A stretch of 64,000 nucleotides of DNA, taken from Gemmatimonadales bacterium (GTDB lineage Bacteria; Gemmatimonadota; Gemmatimonadetes; Gemmatimonadales; GWC2-71-9). The notes beneath the pieces are model-generated. The model searched no databases, was not told where the DNA came from, and was given only the letters and a program-made list of their open reading frames with translations. Positions 28,837 to 38,768 of the stretch are shown here, piece after piece. Where the stretch lies: the NCBI GenBank assembly GCA_039794085.1, contig JBDIWC010000020.1, positions 1 to 64,000 on the forward strand. Reading direction: 5' to 3'. The position numbers were made by a program, and so were the translations under genes. How positions within the stretch are numbered: the first letter of the stretch is position 1; each line of letters begins with the position of its first letter.

Positions 28837-29714
28837 GCTCTCGGAGTCGGTGAGGCGACTCCGCCCACCTCGGGGACGTCCCATCCCTGGTCAAGGGCTG
28901 CACGGCGGCGCGAATCGGAGCGTCGGCGAATCGACCGGGCCAGAACCATCCAGAGGATCACGAGCCCCCAGATCCCCCCGGCCGACAGCCAGACGATCAC
29001 GCCGTAGCGGTGCCGCACGTCCTTTCGCCAGGCCTCGTCGAACCGGTCCACGGTCAGGCCTGTGGCGGCCCGGAGTGCGTCGTCAAACGGAACCCGGCGC
29101 TCAAGGGCGCCCAGCAGAGGCTCGAGAGACCCGGTGGGATGCCGACGGGCCAGGCTCATCACGGCGTCGCCGGCCAGAGCGTAGGCCAGGCGGATGGTGG
29201 CCGGATCGTCCCGAAGCGCGGCATCGAGCCCATGCAACGTGGGAACGCGTCCCCGCACCACGGCCAGATTGAGGCGGAGGGCATCGAGACGTCCCCACTC
29301 CCCAGCCGCAACCACCGCGTACCCTTCGGCAAACCAGAGGGGGACCCGTCCGGGGAGTGCCGAGGCCAGGATCAGGTGGGCGAGTTCATGGCGAAGGGTG
29401 GCCTCCGGGTCGCCGGCGTCGAGCCGGAGGATGATCGTGCGGGCGGACGGCAGCGTGAGCCCTGCTCCCCAGGCGGGCCCCCGTCCCCGGGTGATCCGCT
29501 GGAGCGCCGCCACGTCGCGTACCAGGATCAACCGGAAGGGCCCGGGCTCCCGCCGACCAAGCCCGTACCACGCGCGGGTCTGGTCCGCTCGTTCGGCAAG
29601 TGCAATCCCCAACGCGAGGTGCTCGGCAGACGCCTGCACCAGAACGTTGCCCACTTGCACTTCCTCGACCGGAAGCCCGAGGGCCAGCTGCGCCGCCAGA
29701 AGGAGTGTCCACAT
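28833..29714 (-). CDS. Membrane-anchored gluzincin metallopeptidase (peptidase MA-like)
   Basis: HELAH plus downstream PLWFAEG; signal peptide; C-terminal TM. Confidence 0.8.
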   Translation of the reverse strand: MWTLLLAAQLALGLPVEEVQVGNVLVQASAEHLALGIALAERADQTRAWYGLGRREPGPFRLILVRDVAALQRITRGRGPAWGAGLTLPSARTIILRLDAGDPEATLRHELAHLILASALPGRVPLWFAEGYAVVAAGEWGRLDALRLNLAVVRGRVPTLHGLDAALRDDPATIRLAYALAGDAVMSLARRHPTGSLEPLLGALERRVPFDDALRAATGLTVDRFDEAWRKDVRHRYGVIVWLSAGGIWGLVILWMVLARSIRRRSDSRRRAALDQGWDVPEVGGVASPTPRA

Positions 29715-29717
29715 GTC

Positions 29718-30626
29718 CTACTCCGCCGGGGGGCCGGGCACCGCACCGCCCGAGGCGATCAGGTCAAGCATCTCCTGGCACCGGGCCGCCCAGGGCGCAT
29801 GCCGGTTGGCGGCGATCCCCGCCTGCCACACCGTTCGCGCCTCGTCGGGTTTGCCCCCGTGCCAGAGGGACCGACCCAGGTCATAGTAGGCTTCGATCAG
29901 ATTGGGCCCCAGGGCCACCGCCTTCCTCAGAAAACCCTCGGCATCACCATGCATTCCCCGTTCAAAGTACACCAGTCCAAGGTAGTAATGAGCATAGAGG
30001 GTGGCCTTCCGGTCCGCCTCCAGCCGGAGCACTCGCGAAAGATGCTCGATGGCCTCTCCGTAGATCCGCTTCTTGAGGCAGATGTACCCGACGTTGACCC
30101 GGGCCAGCGCGTTGTTCGGCTCCCGGCCCAGCACCAGGCTGAAAGTGCCGAGGGCGGCGTCATATTCTGCGTTGAGCATCTGGGCCCACCCGAGGAGAGC
30201 ATGTCCCTGCAGGTCGTTGGGAGCCAGTCGTGTCGCATGTGTCAGAGCCTCGATGGCGCCGACATGGTCGCCGACCGCGATGAGACTCCACCCCTTCTCG
30301 ATGTAGGTGGACGCTCCGATGTGATCTTCCCGGATCGCCGACTCCGGGGGCGTTGCCTGCGGCCCGGGCGGTGTGGCGGCGCGGTCCCCGTCACGCACAC
30401 TCTTGTATTGATCCACCAGCACGCGGATCTGTTCCTTGAGAGAAGTCAACTCGTCCAGGGCCGCATCGGTGCGCCGGAAGAGGGCCACGATCCGCCGACG
30501 CACATCGTCGCGACCCTCCCGCGAACCGGGCGTCTCCAGCCGTTGGCGAATCGACTCGAGCTCGGTCTCGAGTTCGCGGAGGCCCTCGAGGCGGGAGGGC
30601 GTCGGCGCCGGAACGGGATCAGCCAT
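29718..30626 (-). CDS. Coiled-coil plus TPR protein
   Basis: Heptad-rich N-terminus followed by about five TPR units. Confidence 0.8.
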   Translation of the reverse strand: MADPVPAPTPSRLEGLRELETELESIRQRLETPGSREGRDDVRRRIVALFRRTDAALDELTSLKEQIRVLVDQYKSVRDGDRAATPPGPQATPPESAIREDHIGASTYIEKGWSLIAVGDHVGAIEALTHATRLAPNDLQGHALLGWAQMLNAEYDAALGTFSLVLGREPNNALARVNVGYICLKKRIYGEAIEHLSRVLRLEADRKATLYAHYYLGLVYFERGMHGDAEGFLRKAVALGPNLIEAYYDLGRSLWHGGKPDEARTVWQAGIAANRHAPWAARCQEMLDLIASGGAVPGPPAE

Positions 30627-31728
30627 CGGTGCGACTTCCGGGCCCGGGATCCCGCAACACGGCCAGGTGCCGATTCACGGCGGCGCCGATGTCGGGAAGT
30701 GGGAGGACTTCCTGAACTCCTCCTTCGCGTGCGGCCGCCTTGGGCATCCCGAAAATCGCGGATGTCGCCTGGTCCTGAGCGATCCCGATCCCCCCCGCGT
30801 CCCGCAGGGCTCGCAGGCCAGCCGCGCCATCCCGCCCGAGACCCGTCAGCACCACTCCCACGGCGCGGGGACAGGCGTGCTCGGCCACGCTCACGAAGAG
30901 AGGGTCCGCGGCCGGCCGCACGCCCCACACGGAGGGACCCTGGTGGAGGTGCAGAGCCCACCCCCCGGGTGCCTGCTGGTCCACCACCATATGGAAATCC
31001 CCCGGGGCCACATACACGGTGTCTTCCACGATGGGACTTCCCGCCGCCGCTTCGACCACCGTGAGGTGTGAGAGCCCATCGAGCCGCTCCGCGAGGCTGC
31101 GGGTGAACCCGGGGGGCATGTGCTGAACCACCAGATACCCCGCTCCGTATCCGGGGCGGAGCGCCGGGACGAGCTCGGCGAGGGCCCGGGGCCCTCCGGT
31201 GGACGCGGCCACCACCACCAGGAGCCGCGCCCGTCCCGGAATCACCATCCGGTGTGCGGGGAGGGACGGGGCTGGCGCAGGTCTCGCCAGCACCGGGAGC
31301 CGCGCCACATCGGTCACCGCGGCGGCGCGCAACGCGTCTGTCAGGCGGCGCCGGAATTCCTCCACTCCGGCGGGGGACCGGTCCGGGGCCTTGGCCACGA
31401 GTTCCGCCGCCCCCAACTCGAGGGCGCGGATCGCGAGCCCTGTCCCCGGACCGGCCCAGGAGCTCACCACCACGATGGGGCGCGGGGCCTCGGACATGAG
31501 GTACCCGATCGCCTGGAGGCCATCCAGCTCGGGCATCTCCAGGTCCATCGTGACCAGATCAGGGTCCTCGGCATGGACTTTCCGCAGCGCGTCGAGTCCA
31601 TTGCGGGCACTACCCGCCACCGCGAATCCCGGGATGCTCCCCACGACGTCGGCGATCAGCCGGCGGAAGAAGGGGCTGTCGTCCACCACCAGGACGCGCC
31701 GGATTCCCGGGTCAGAGGGTCTCGACAC
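30619..31728 (-). CDS. cheB: Chemotaxis response regulator / methylesterase CheB
   Basis: REC domain (VVDD, TMDLEMP); catalytic ASTGG, QHMP, TGLGRDG; start approximate. Confidence 0.95.
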   Translation of the reverse strand: MSRPSDPGIRRVLVVDDSPFFRRLIADVVGSIPGFAVAGSARNGLDALRKVHAEDPDLVTMDLEMPELDGLQAIGYLMSEAPRPIVVVSSWAGPGTGLAIRALELGAAELVAKAPDRSPAGVEEFRRRLTDALRAAAVTDVARLPVLARPAPAPSLPAHRMVIPGRARLLVVVAASTGGPRALAELVPALRPGYGAGYLVVQHMPPGFTRSLAERLDGLSHLTVVEAAAGSPIVEDTVYVAPGDFHMVVDQQAPGGWALHLHQGPSVWGVRPAADPLFVSVAEHACPRAVGVVLTGLGRDGAAGLRALRDAGGIGIAQDQATSAIFGMPKAAAREGGVQEVLPLPDIGAAVNRHLAVLRDPGPGSRTDG

Positions 31729-32200
31729 CACGCGCCACCGACGTGATCTCCAGTCGTCCGGACTCGACATCCAGAGTCACCGACCGGCCATGCTCCCCTC
31801 CGACCAACTCCCCGGCCACGAGGATCCCGTGTGCCGCCAGTGCCTCCCGCGACGCCACCGTGTTGCGCTCACCCATCTGCAGGGTCCCGCGGGCACTCAG
31901 GGACGCAAACATACTGGCCCCCCCGATCAGCCGGGCGGTGATGCGTTCCTGGCCAGCCCCCAGGTCGGCCATGGCGTCCAGCAGGGCGGGAACGGCCGTC
32001 TCCGGGTAGCGGCCGGGCGCGTCGTGAATCCGGCTCAGGGCGGGGGACGGAAGCAGGATGTGGGCCATCCCCCCGGTTCGGGACGCCGGATCGTGCAGCA
32101 CGATCGCAATGCAGCTTCCCAGGCCGAGAGTGACGAGTTCCCCCGTGCCCCGAAGAGCCCGGAGTTCCCCGACGCCCACCATGTGACGGGGCCCGCTCAT
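31712..32200 (-). CDS. cheD: Chemoreceptor glutamine deamidase CheD
   Basis: LGLGSC, GMAHILLP, GGASMF, GERN. Confidence 0.93.
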   Translation of the reverse strand: MSGPRHMVGVGELRALRGTGELVTLGLGSCIAIVLHDPASRTGGMAHILLPSPALSRIHDAPGRYPETAVPALLDAMADLGAGQERITARLIGGASMFASLSARGTLQMGERNTVASREALAAHGILVAGELVGGEHGRSVTLDVESGRLEITSVARGVETL

Positions 32201-33009
32201 GCGATCCTCCGATACAGGCGGGATCGCGGATCCACCGCGACCATCCGTCGGCTCGCCGGTCCGGTCAGGCCCTCCACCTTGCCCAGAAGGAGCACGCCCC
32301 CCGGCGCCAGGGCGTCGACAAACTTTTGATAGAGTGACTCCTGCACGTCGCGGCCGAAATAGATCACCACGTTGCGGCACACGATCAGGTCATACGGGGG
32401 ATCGGGGGGCGGGTCCACACCCAGATCGTGCCGGAGGAAGCGCGCGCGGTTCCGGAGCCCCGGACGGATGGCCACCTGCTCGGGCCCGGCGGATGCCAGG
32501 TGCCGGCGGGCCCGGTCCGGGACCGGCACCCCGAAGTTCCGCTCGGGGTAGACCGCGGCCCGGGCCCGATCGAGCACGGCGGGGTCGACATCGGTCGCAT
32601 CCACTCGACTCTCGGCCGACCAGGCCGGATCCCGCCCCCCCTCCCCCAGATCGGCCAGCATCATCACGATTGTCCACGCCTCCTCTCCCGTGGCGCATCC
32701 CGCACTCCAGCATCGCAGGGGAGGGCCCGTCACCCGGGCGCGCAGAGTGGCCTCGAGGGAGTCCCACGCCTCCGGGTTGCGAAAGAACTGCGTCACATTG
32801 ATGGTCAGCGTCTGCAACAGCCGCTCGACCTCCTCGGGTGTCCCCCGGAGGATCCCCGCGTAGTCGGCCATGGTCTCCACCCCGCACGCACGCATCCGTA
32901 CGGCGAGCCGGCGGCGGAGACACCGATCCTTGTACATGGAGAGCGCGGGAATTCCCGCCGCGCCCCGAAGCGCCTGGATCACGACTGTCAGATCCTCCTG
33001 CTCCGGCAT
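32197..33009 (-). CDS. cheR: Chemotaxis methyltransferase CheR
   Basis: TINVTQFFR, WSAGCATGEE, ATD, CRNVVIYF. Confidence 0.95.
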   Translation of the reverse strand: MPEQEDLTVVIQALRGAAGIPALSMYKDRCLRRRLAVRMRACGVETMADYAGILRGTPEEVERLLQTLTINVTQFFRNPEAWDSLEATLRARVTGPPLRCWSAGCATGEEAWTIVMMLADLGEGGRDPAWSAESRVDATDVDPAVLDRARAAVYPERNFGVPVPDRARRHLASAGPEQVAIRPGLRNRARFLRHDLGVDPPPDPPYDLIVCRNVVIYFGRDVQESLYQKFVDALAPGGVLLLGKVEGLTGPASRRMVAVDPRSRLYRRIA

Positions 33010-34625
33010 CAGGTCACGCTCCCGGCGAGGGAGTCGAGGTTGGCCCGGGCCAACTGATGGTCGGAATTGATGGTCAGTGCCTGTTCCCAACACCGGCGCG
33101 CCTCCTGCGCATCGTGACGCTTCAGCGCCAGGTTGCCCAACTTGAAATAGAGATCGTCGCCGAGGTCCGGAGCCAGGGTGGCCGCCCGGCGATACCAGCT
33201 TTCGGCCTCCTCGTATCGTCCCGACCGATAACAGATGTCCCCCAGGTTCTTGGTGACCTGAGCCAGGCCGGGTCCCTCCGCGATGGCGTCACGCAACTCG
33301 GCTTCCGCCCCGGCCAGGTCCCCCGAGGCCTCGAGAAACACGGCGTGGGTGGCCTTCAGGACCGGATGGCCGGGATGGGACTCGAGCCCCTCCTGGATGC
33401 GGGTCAGGGCCCCCTCCAGGTCGCCGCGGAGGGCACACACCCGGGCCCGGGCCCACGGCAGGGTCGGCGGGGGAGTCGTCGTGCCGAACAGGGCCAGGGC
33501 CGCGTCGAGGCGCGCCTCCGCCGCATTGGCGTCCCCCCGGGCCAGGGCCACAATGCCCCAGGAGGTCAGGATGCGAGGCTGGTCCCGACCGCGCCCCACG
33601 GCCTCCGCCAGAAGCTGCTCCGCCTCGTCGAGACGCCCCTGGCGTTCGAGGGCCACCCCGAGATTGTGGAGAGTCACGGCCCGGGGGCCCGCGCGGTCGA
33701 GTGACATCCGGAACGCCGCCTCCGCGTCGGCCCATGCGCCCTGGCGCATCGCGATGAGCCCGAGGTGAAACGGCGCCGCACCCTCGCCGGGGCGCAGATC
33801 GGCCACCCGGCGGAACTCCCTCCTTGCTTCTTCCAGCATTCCGGTGCGGTAGAAGGCCACCCCGAGATTGCGATGCTCCTCGATCTGGCTCTCCTGCTTC
33901 CGGGTGTCGGCGGGGGGGCTCGCCGTACCGACCCGCCGGATGAGTCCCGCCGTGAGCAGTCCATAGAGAGCCTTCGCCACGTCGAACTCGGACATCCCCG
34001 CCTCCTCCACCAGAGTCCGCACATCCCGCCGGCCATCCAGAAGCTCGAGGACGCGGCGCTGCGTCACGGTGAAGTCGAGTGTCTGATCGGGCTCATGCTC
34101 CATCCCGAAGATGAGATCAAAGGACGGGATTTTCTTCTCGATCAGAGCCCACTCGTCCACCCGGCGGGCCCCTTCCAGGAGGACCGATTCCGGGTTGATC
34201 CGGCACAGAACTTCGTCGGCCTCGGGCTGGATCCCCGCCTCGAAGCTGAAGGTCCCGGAATCCCAGGTGAACAGGGCGAAGATCGCCTCCTCCACCTGCA
34301 TCCTCACATGTTCTTCCATCTCACCCCGGCCCAGCATGCCCAGGGAGACGAGAATCTCCCCCAGGCGGAGGTTGGGAACATTGGATTGAAACCGCATGGC
34401 CGCGTCGAGCTGAGTGGCCGTGATGCGCCCGGTCCTCACCAACATGTCGCCCAGGCGATCCCGCCGGTTGACGATCGTGGCATGGACAATGAACCCCTCC
34501 TCGAAGAAGATCGATCCGTGACTGTGGCGGTCCGCCAGGGCGAGACACCCCGTCCGGCGTCCCAGAAAGAGGAGTTGCATGACGTCGGGGAGGCTCGCTT
34601 CCCTCAGACTGCCCTTGATCGCCAT
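33009..34625 (-). CDS. DUF4388 (PATAN-like) domain plus tandem MshEN motif plus TPR protein
   Basis: IKGSLREASLPDVMQLL…WDSGTFSF…LLEGARRVDEW pattern; two RLG..LV..G motifs; C-terminal TPRs. Confidence 0.85.
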   Translation of the reverse strand: MAIKGSLREASLPDVMQLLFLGRRTGCLALADRHSHGSIFFEEGFIVHATIVNRRDRLGDMLVRTGRITATQLDAAMRFQSNVPNLRLGEILVSLGMLGRGEMEEHVRMQVEEAIFALFTWDSGTFSFEAGIQPEADEVLCRINPESVLLEGARRVDEWALIEKKIPSFDLIFGMEHEPDQTLDFTVTQRRVLELLDGRRDVRTLVEEAGMSEFDVAKALYGLLTAGLIRRVGTASPPADTRKQESQIEEHRNLGVAFYRTGMLEEARREFRRVADLRPGEGAAPFHLGLIAMRQGAWADAEAAFRMSLDRAGPRAVTLHNLGVALERQGRLDEAEQLLAEAVGRGRDQPRILTSWGIVALARGDANAAEARLDAALALFGTTTPPPTLPWARARVCALRGDLEGALTRIQEGLESHPGHPVLKATHAVFLEASGDLAGAEAELRDAIAEGPGLAQVTKNLGDICYRSGRYEEAESWYRRAATLAPDLGDDLYFKLGNLALKRHDAQEARRCWEQALTINSDHQLARANLDSLAGSVT

Positions 34626-36559
34626 CAGCGGAACTCCTCCAATAGCTGATCGGTGACCTGGGGCCAGACGGGAATGATCTTTTCCTGGAGACGGGCTCCG
34701 GTCAGCAATGGATTCTGCAATCCCGATCCCGACCGGACCCGGGGGGCCACCGGGGACGGCGCCTCCCCGAGGGCCTCCCGCGCCAGGCTCGATGTGGGCG
34801 GAGTGCCCCGGCGCGTGGCCGCCGCCATCACGCGCTGCACGGCGGCCTGAACCGCGCGGGCTGATGCCGCGGGCGGACGGGCGATCACGTCGACGAGGGC
34901 CGCGTCGTCGCGATGTCGCTCGGGGAGAGCGTGCATGACCAGTCGGGCGCGAAGCTCCCGGTCCGGAGGCTCCAGATCCACGATGACGCCCGCCGTGAGG
35001 CGGGACAACAGCCGTGCCTCGACACCCTCCAGCTCCTGCAGCGGCGTGGATGTCGTCACCAGGACCGGGCGACCGGAGGACACGAGGGCCTCCAGGGCGT
35101 CGGTCAGGAGAGCCAGCGTGTGAGGAGCCCCGATCCGGTCCAAGTCGTCCACGAGGATCGCCGAGGCGATGCGGATGCCGGCCCACCATCCCGCCGGGTC
35201 CCCCGCGAAGTCGGGGGAGGACAGGCACGCGACGACACCGCCATGACGCTCCAGCCAGGCGGATCCGAATCCGTGCAGGAGATGAGTCTTGCCACTCCCG
35301 CTGGCTCCGTGTACCACGACGGGATTGTCGCCGGTGTCCCCTCCGAGGAGCCGGTCGAGGGCCCGGAGCACCGACCGCGTCGAGGCGCTCTCCACAAAAG
35401 TTTCCAGCCGCCAGGCGGGGTCGGGCCCCGGGAGACCGGCCACACGGAGCCGGATCTGGTCCAGGGCGCGGCGCGCCCCGGGAAGATCATCGGGATCCTG
35501 AAACACGGCTCCTTCCCCGCCCCGGGGATCCAGAGCCCGTGCCTCGCGCGCCAGGGCCACCATCGCCTCGGCATCCCGCTCGAACTCCGCCAGCAGGGTG
35601 TCAGGGTCGTCAGGAAACTCCTCGCGCAACAACCCTTCCAGCCGCGCCGTGCGGATGCCCTCCCCCTCCCATCGGAGAATCGCCGCTCCCACTCTCTCCC
35701 GCCACCGGTCCACCTGCTCCGCGACGGTGGCCACGACCTCGGAGAGGAAGTCGCCAAACTCGTCGGCGTGGTCCCGGTCCTCTTCCACCCCATCCGGGAA
35801 GGCACGAACCCTTTCTGCCGAACCGCTGACGACATGGGTTCCGGGCAGGTCACCTGGCGGGCCCTCGGGAACCGGCCCCGCCGCTCCCAGTTCCCCCAGC
35901 AGCACGGAGGCCTGGGAGACATCCAAGGGGTGCCGGCTGACCGCCTGAAAGGCCACCAGGCGCCGGAAGGCTCCGAGCAACTCGCGGATGTTCCGCACCG
36001 GCAGGAGGGCGAGCGCCTCCAGGACGGCGGGATCCAGAGCCGGGTCCGCGGGAAGAGAGCGCAGGAGGCCCAGCCGGCGGTCGGGTCCGGGGAGATCGAG
36101 CTCCACCACGAGCCCGCTCGCCGACACCCGGCACAGCCGGGAATCGGCGTGAGGGATCTCCCCCGGGGACAGGGCGGAGGTCAGCACGGTGGCGCGGCGT
36201 GCTTCGGCTCTCGCCTCCAGCACCTCCGCCGCCACCCCCTGTCCGGCGCGGGGCAGCTGGTCCACATCGTCCACCAGCAGCAGGTCGGCCCCCGTCCACT
36301 CCTCGCGTTGCTCCGGCCGAAAGGCCGCGCCGCTCACCCGCACGGCCCGCCGGGCGGGATCCACGCGCGCCGCGAGTCCCTCGATCGCGGACAGAAGGTG
36401 GCTCTTGCCGAAACCGGGAGAGCCCACCAAGAAAAGGGGGTTGTAGGGCGGATGACGTGACTCGGCCACGGCCCGCGCCGCGGTGACGGCCAGCGCCCCC
36501 TGGGGTCCCGCGACATAGGTGTCGAATCGTTCCGCCGACTGCGCCCCGATCCTCGTCAT
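34625..36559 (-). CDS. Protein with two tandem DnaA/Hda-like AAA+ modules and no DnaA DNA-binding domain
   Basis: FDTYVAG…[29 protein letters not shown]; second module [29 protein letters not shown]. Confidence 0.85.
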   Translation of the reverse strand: MTRIGAQSAERFDTYVAGPQGALAVTAARAVAESRHPPYNPLFLVGSPGFGKSHLLSAIEGLAARVDPARRAVRVSGAAFRPEQREEWTGADLLLVDDVDQLPRAGQGVAAEVLEARAEARRATVLTSALSPGEIPHADSRLCRVSASGLVVELDLPGPDRRLGLLRSLPADPALDPAVLEALALLPVRNIRELLGAFRRLVAFQAVSRHPLDVSQASVLLGELGAAGPVPEGPPGDLPGTHVVSGSAERVRAFPDGVEEDRDHADEFGDFLSEVVATVAEQVDRWRERVGAAILRWEGEGIRTARLEGLLREEFPDDPDTLLAEFERDAEAMVALAREARALDPRGGEGAVFQDPDDLPGARRALDQIRLRVAGLPGPDPAWRLETFVESASTRSVLRALDRLLGGDTGDNPVVVHGASGSGKTHLLHGFGSAWLERHGGVVACLSSPDFAGDPAGWWAGIRIASAILVDDLDRIGAPHTLALLTDALEALVSSGRPVLVTTSTPLQELEGVEARLLSRLTAGVIVDLEPPDRELRARLVMHALPERHRDDAALVDVIARPPAASARAVQAAVQRVMAAATRRGTPPTSSLAREALGEAPSPVAPRVRSGSGLQNPLLTGARLQEKIIPVWPQVTDQLLEEFR

Positions 36560-37173
36560 GGCTCCTCCACCCCGTCGGTCCCGGTGCGGGGGGCGAGCCG
36601 TTTCAGCACCAGGCCGGACAGTGCCTTCAAGGTCTCGAACACCCCGACGCCGGTCAGGGCATCGGCCCCGAAGCTCGGTACATCGCGAAAGTTGAGCGCG
36701 TCATCCAGCTCTGCGCTTGTCAGGATGAGATCTCTCGGCAGGTCCTGCTTGTTGAACTGGAGAATCAACGGCACGGTCCGGATGTCCACGCCCTGCTCCC
36801 GCAGGTTGTCCTGCAGGTTCTGCAGACTCTCCACGTTGTCGTCGAACCGGCGGGCCTGACTGTCGGCCACGAAGACCACCCCATCCGCACCCTGAAGAAC
36901 GAGTCGGCGGGTGGCATTGTAGTAGACCTGTCCCGGGACGGTGTACAGCTGGAACCGGGTGGTGAAACCGGAGATCGATCCCAGGTCGAGGGGAAGAAAG
37001 TCGAAGAACAACGTGCGATCCGTCTGGGTGGCCAGCGACACCATCTGGCCCCGCCGCGACGGCGGGACCCGGTCGTGGATGTACTGCAGGTTCGTGGTCT
37101 TGCCCGATCGTCCGGGACCGTAGTAGACCAGTTTGCAGGTGATCTCCCGCGCACCGAAGTTGACCAGGGACAT
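36556..37173 (-). CDS. mglA: MglA family small GTPase
   Basis: [36 protein letters not shown]. Confidence 0.95.
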   Translation of the reverse strand: MSLVNFGAREITCKLVYYGPGRSGKTTNLQYIHDRVPPSRRGQMVSLATQTDRTLFFDFLPLDLGSISGFTTRFQLYTVPGQVYYNATRRLVLQGADGVVFVADSQARRFDDNVESLQNLQDNLREQGVDIRTVPLILQFNKQDLPRDLILTSAELDDALNFRDVPSFGADALTGVGVFETLKALSGLVLKRLAPRTGTDGVEEP

Positions 37174-37177
37174 GGGC

Positions 37178-37639
37178 CTAGTCTCCGAAGAGGGCGCGAA
37201 GGCTGGCGTCGAGATCGGCCTCGAAGTTCTCGGCGAGGACCGGTCGCGTTTCCCGGACCGGGGCGGCGCCGGCCAGAGCCGAGACCAACTGGCCGAAGAA
37301 GAGCTGGACCAGACCGATCGAGGTGTCCCGGCCGAACACCACGAGTCCGATCCACTGGGCATCCGGCATGGGGAGAGGCGAGAGGTACACCCCGAGCTCG
37401 GTTCCTTGATGCACCAGGGCACCGAAGTGCTCCCCGCCGATCACCTGTCCCAGTTCGGAGGTGGAGGCCATGATGCCGGCCCCGAGGGCCGCCGCCGACA
37501 TCACATCGAGCGCCCGGGTGAACCCATGCTGGGCCACCACCTGCCCCGCCGACGTCATCAGCAGGACCACCCGGGCCCCCGACTCGGCTACGAACCGGTC
37601 CAGGGGCCCGGCCACCCACGGTTCAATGCTGCGTTTCAC
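37178..37639 (-). CDS. mglB: Roadblock/LC7 protein, MglB-like GAP
   Basis: Roadblock pattern ([30 protein letters not shown]); adjacent to mglA. Confidence 0.8.
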   Translation of the reverse strand: MKRSIEPWVAGPLDRFVAESGARVVLLMTSAGQVVAQHGFTRALDVMSAAALGAGIMASTSELGQVIGGEHFGALVHQGTELGVYLSPLPMPDAQWIGLVVFGRDTSIGLVQLFFGQLVSALAGAAPVRETRPVLAENFEADLDASLRALFGD

Positions 37640-37986
37640 CCCGCCCCCTTCCCGCCCAGATCCAGCAGCCGGAGCCGCAGCACACCGCGGTGAGTTCGTT
37701 CCGTGGTCACGGCGACCGCCAGGACCACTTCGTCCACCGGTACCACCAGCACGGCACCATGCTCCGCCTCGAGCTGCAGGAAGCGGGGGGGACGTTGTCC
37801 ACCCGCCACGGCGGCTCGGCGCATCCGGCCCCACAGGCTGGCGGACAACGCCGCGGCCGCCGCCGCATCGAATCCCTCACGCACCATCTCAGCAATCACC
37901 AGACCATCCTCCACGGCCACCAGGAGGGCGCCCTGAACCCCGGGGACATCGGCGATGGCGGCCAACGCGGACTCCTCGATCGACAT
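37636..37986 (-). CDS. Roadblock/LC7 domain protein
   Basis: VPGVQGALLVAVEDGLVI, AAALSA, G.LR pattern. Confidence 0.85.
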   Translation of the reverse strand: MSIEESALAAIADVPGVQGALLVAVEDGLVIAEMVREGFDAAAAAALSASLWGRMRRAAVAGGQRPPRFLQLEAEHGAVLVVPVDEVVLAVAVTTERTHRGVLRLRLLDLGGKGAG

Positions 37987-38768
37987 CAGCCGAGGCGCTC
38001 CAGCCATTGTTGCGCGTGCCGGGCCGCGCGCCGGGCCACGAGGGGAAGCCGCCCCGGGGGGGCGCCGGCCTCACCCACGGCGAGCAACAGGGTGTCCGGC
38101 GTGGGGGGAAGAAGGTGCATGGCGGCGTCCGGTCCCTCCGTCGACAGGCACTCCCACGAACCGAGATCAAGCAGGCGGGCCACGCGGGACGCCTCCTGCG
38201 ACACGCCGGCGAGCAGCGCCGCAAGGCCGTCCGAGACCTCGGACCCATCGGGAGTATGGAGACTTCCCGCGAGACGCCGACCATCGAGATCCACCAGGAT
38301 TGTGCCGGGCATGGTGTCGTCGAGGGGTGGCTCCAGAGGCGCGCCACCGGTCGGCGTGGATCGGCCCGCCACCTGGGCCCGAGTCCGTTCCACGGCCTGG
38401 GCGAGACTCGGGTCCTCGGGTTCCAGGTGGGCCGCCATCTCCAGATGGCGCAATGCGCGAGAGAGGTCCTCGTTCCGGAAGGCGAGATAGGCGAGGCCCT
38501 TGTGGGCCCCGGCGTGGTCGGGTTGGAGCCGCAGCGCGGTGGTCCAGGCGTCGAAGGCCGCATCCCCGTCGCCCTGATCGCTCCGGATCCGCCCGAGCAG
38601 ATCATGGGCATCCGCCAGGTGAGGATACCGGGCCAGACCGCTGGTCGCCACCGCCAGGGCGGCATCCAACTGGCCAACCCGGCGGAGGTGTTCTCCCAGT
38701 GGAAGAAACGCCAGGCTCGTCGGGTCGGCGGCAAGCCGCGCCGTCAACGTTTGCACATTATCTGCCAT
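37986..38768 (-). CDS. TPR plus Roadblock/LC7 fusion protein
   Basis: N-terminal TPRs; C-terminal GTILVDLDG…LAALLAG…LLLAV Roadblock-like fold. Confidence 0.75.
   Translation of the reverse strand: MADNVQTLTARLAADPTSLAFLPLGEHLRRVGQLDAALAVATSGLARYPHLADAHDLLGRIRSDQGDGDAAFDAWTTALRLQPDHAGAHKGLAYLAFRNEDLSRALRHLEMAAHLEPEDPSLAQAVERTRAQVAGRSTPTGGAPLEPPLDDTMPGTILVDLDGRRLAGSLHTPDGSEVSDGLAALLAGVSQEASRVARLLDLGSWECLSTEGPDAAMHLLPPTPDTLLLAVGEAGAPPGRLPLVARRAARHAQQWLERLG

Noticed and set aside
34625..36559. The chromosomal dnaA and oriC
   Set aside because: No domain I or IV, no dnaN/recF/gyrB neighbours, no DnaA-box cluster or AT-rich unwinding region seen
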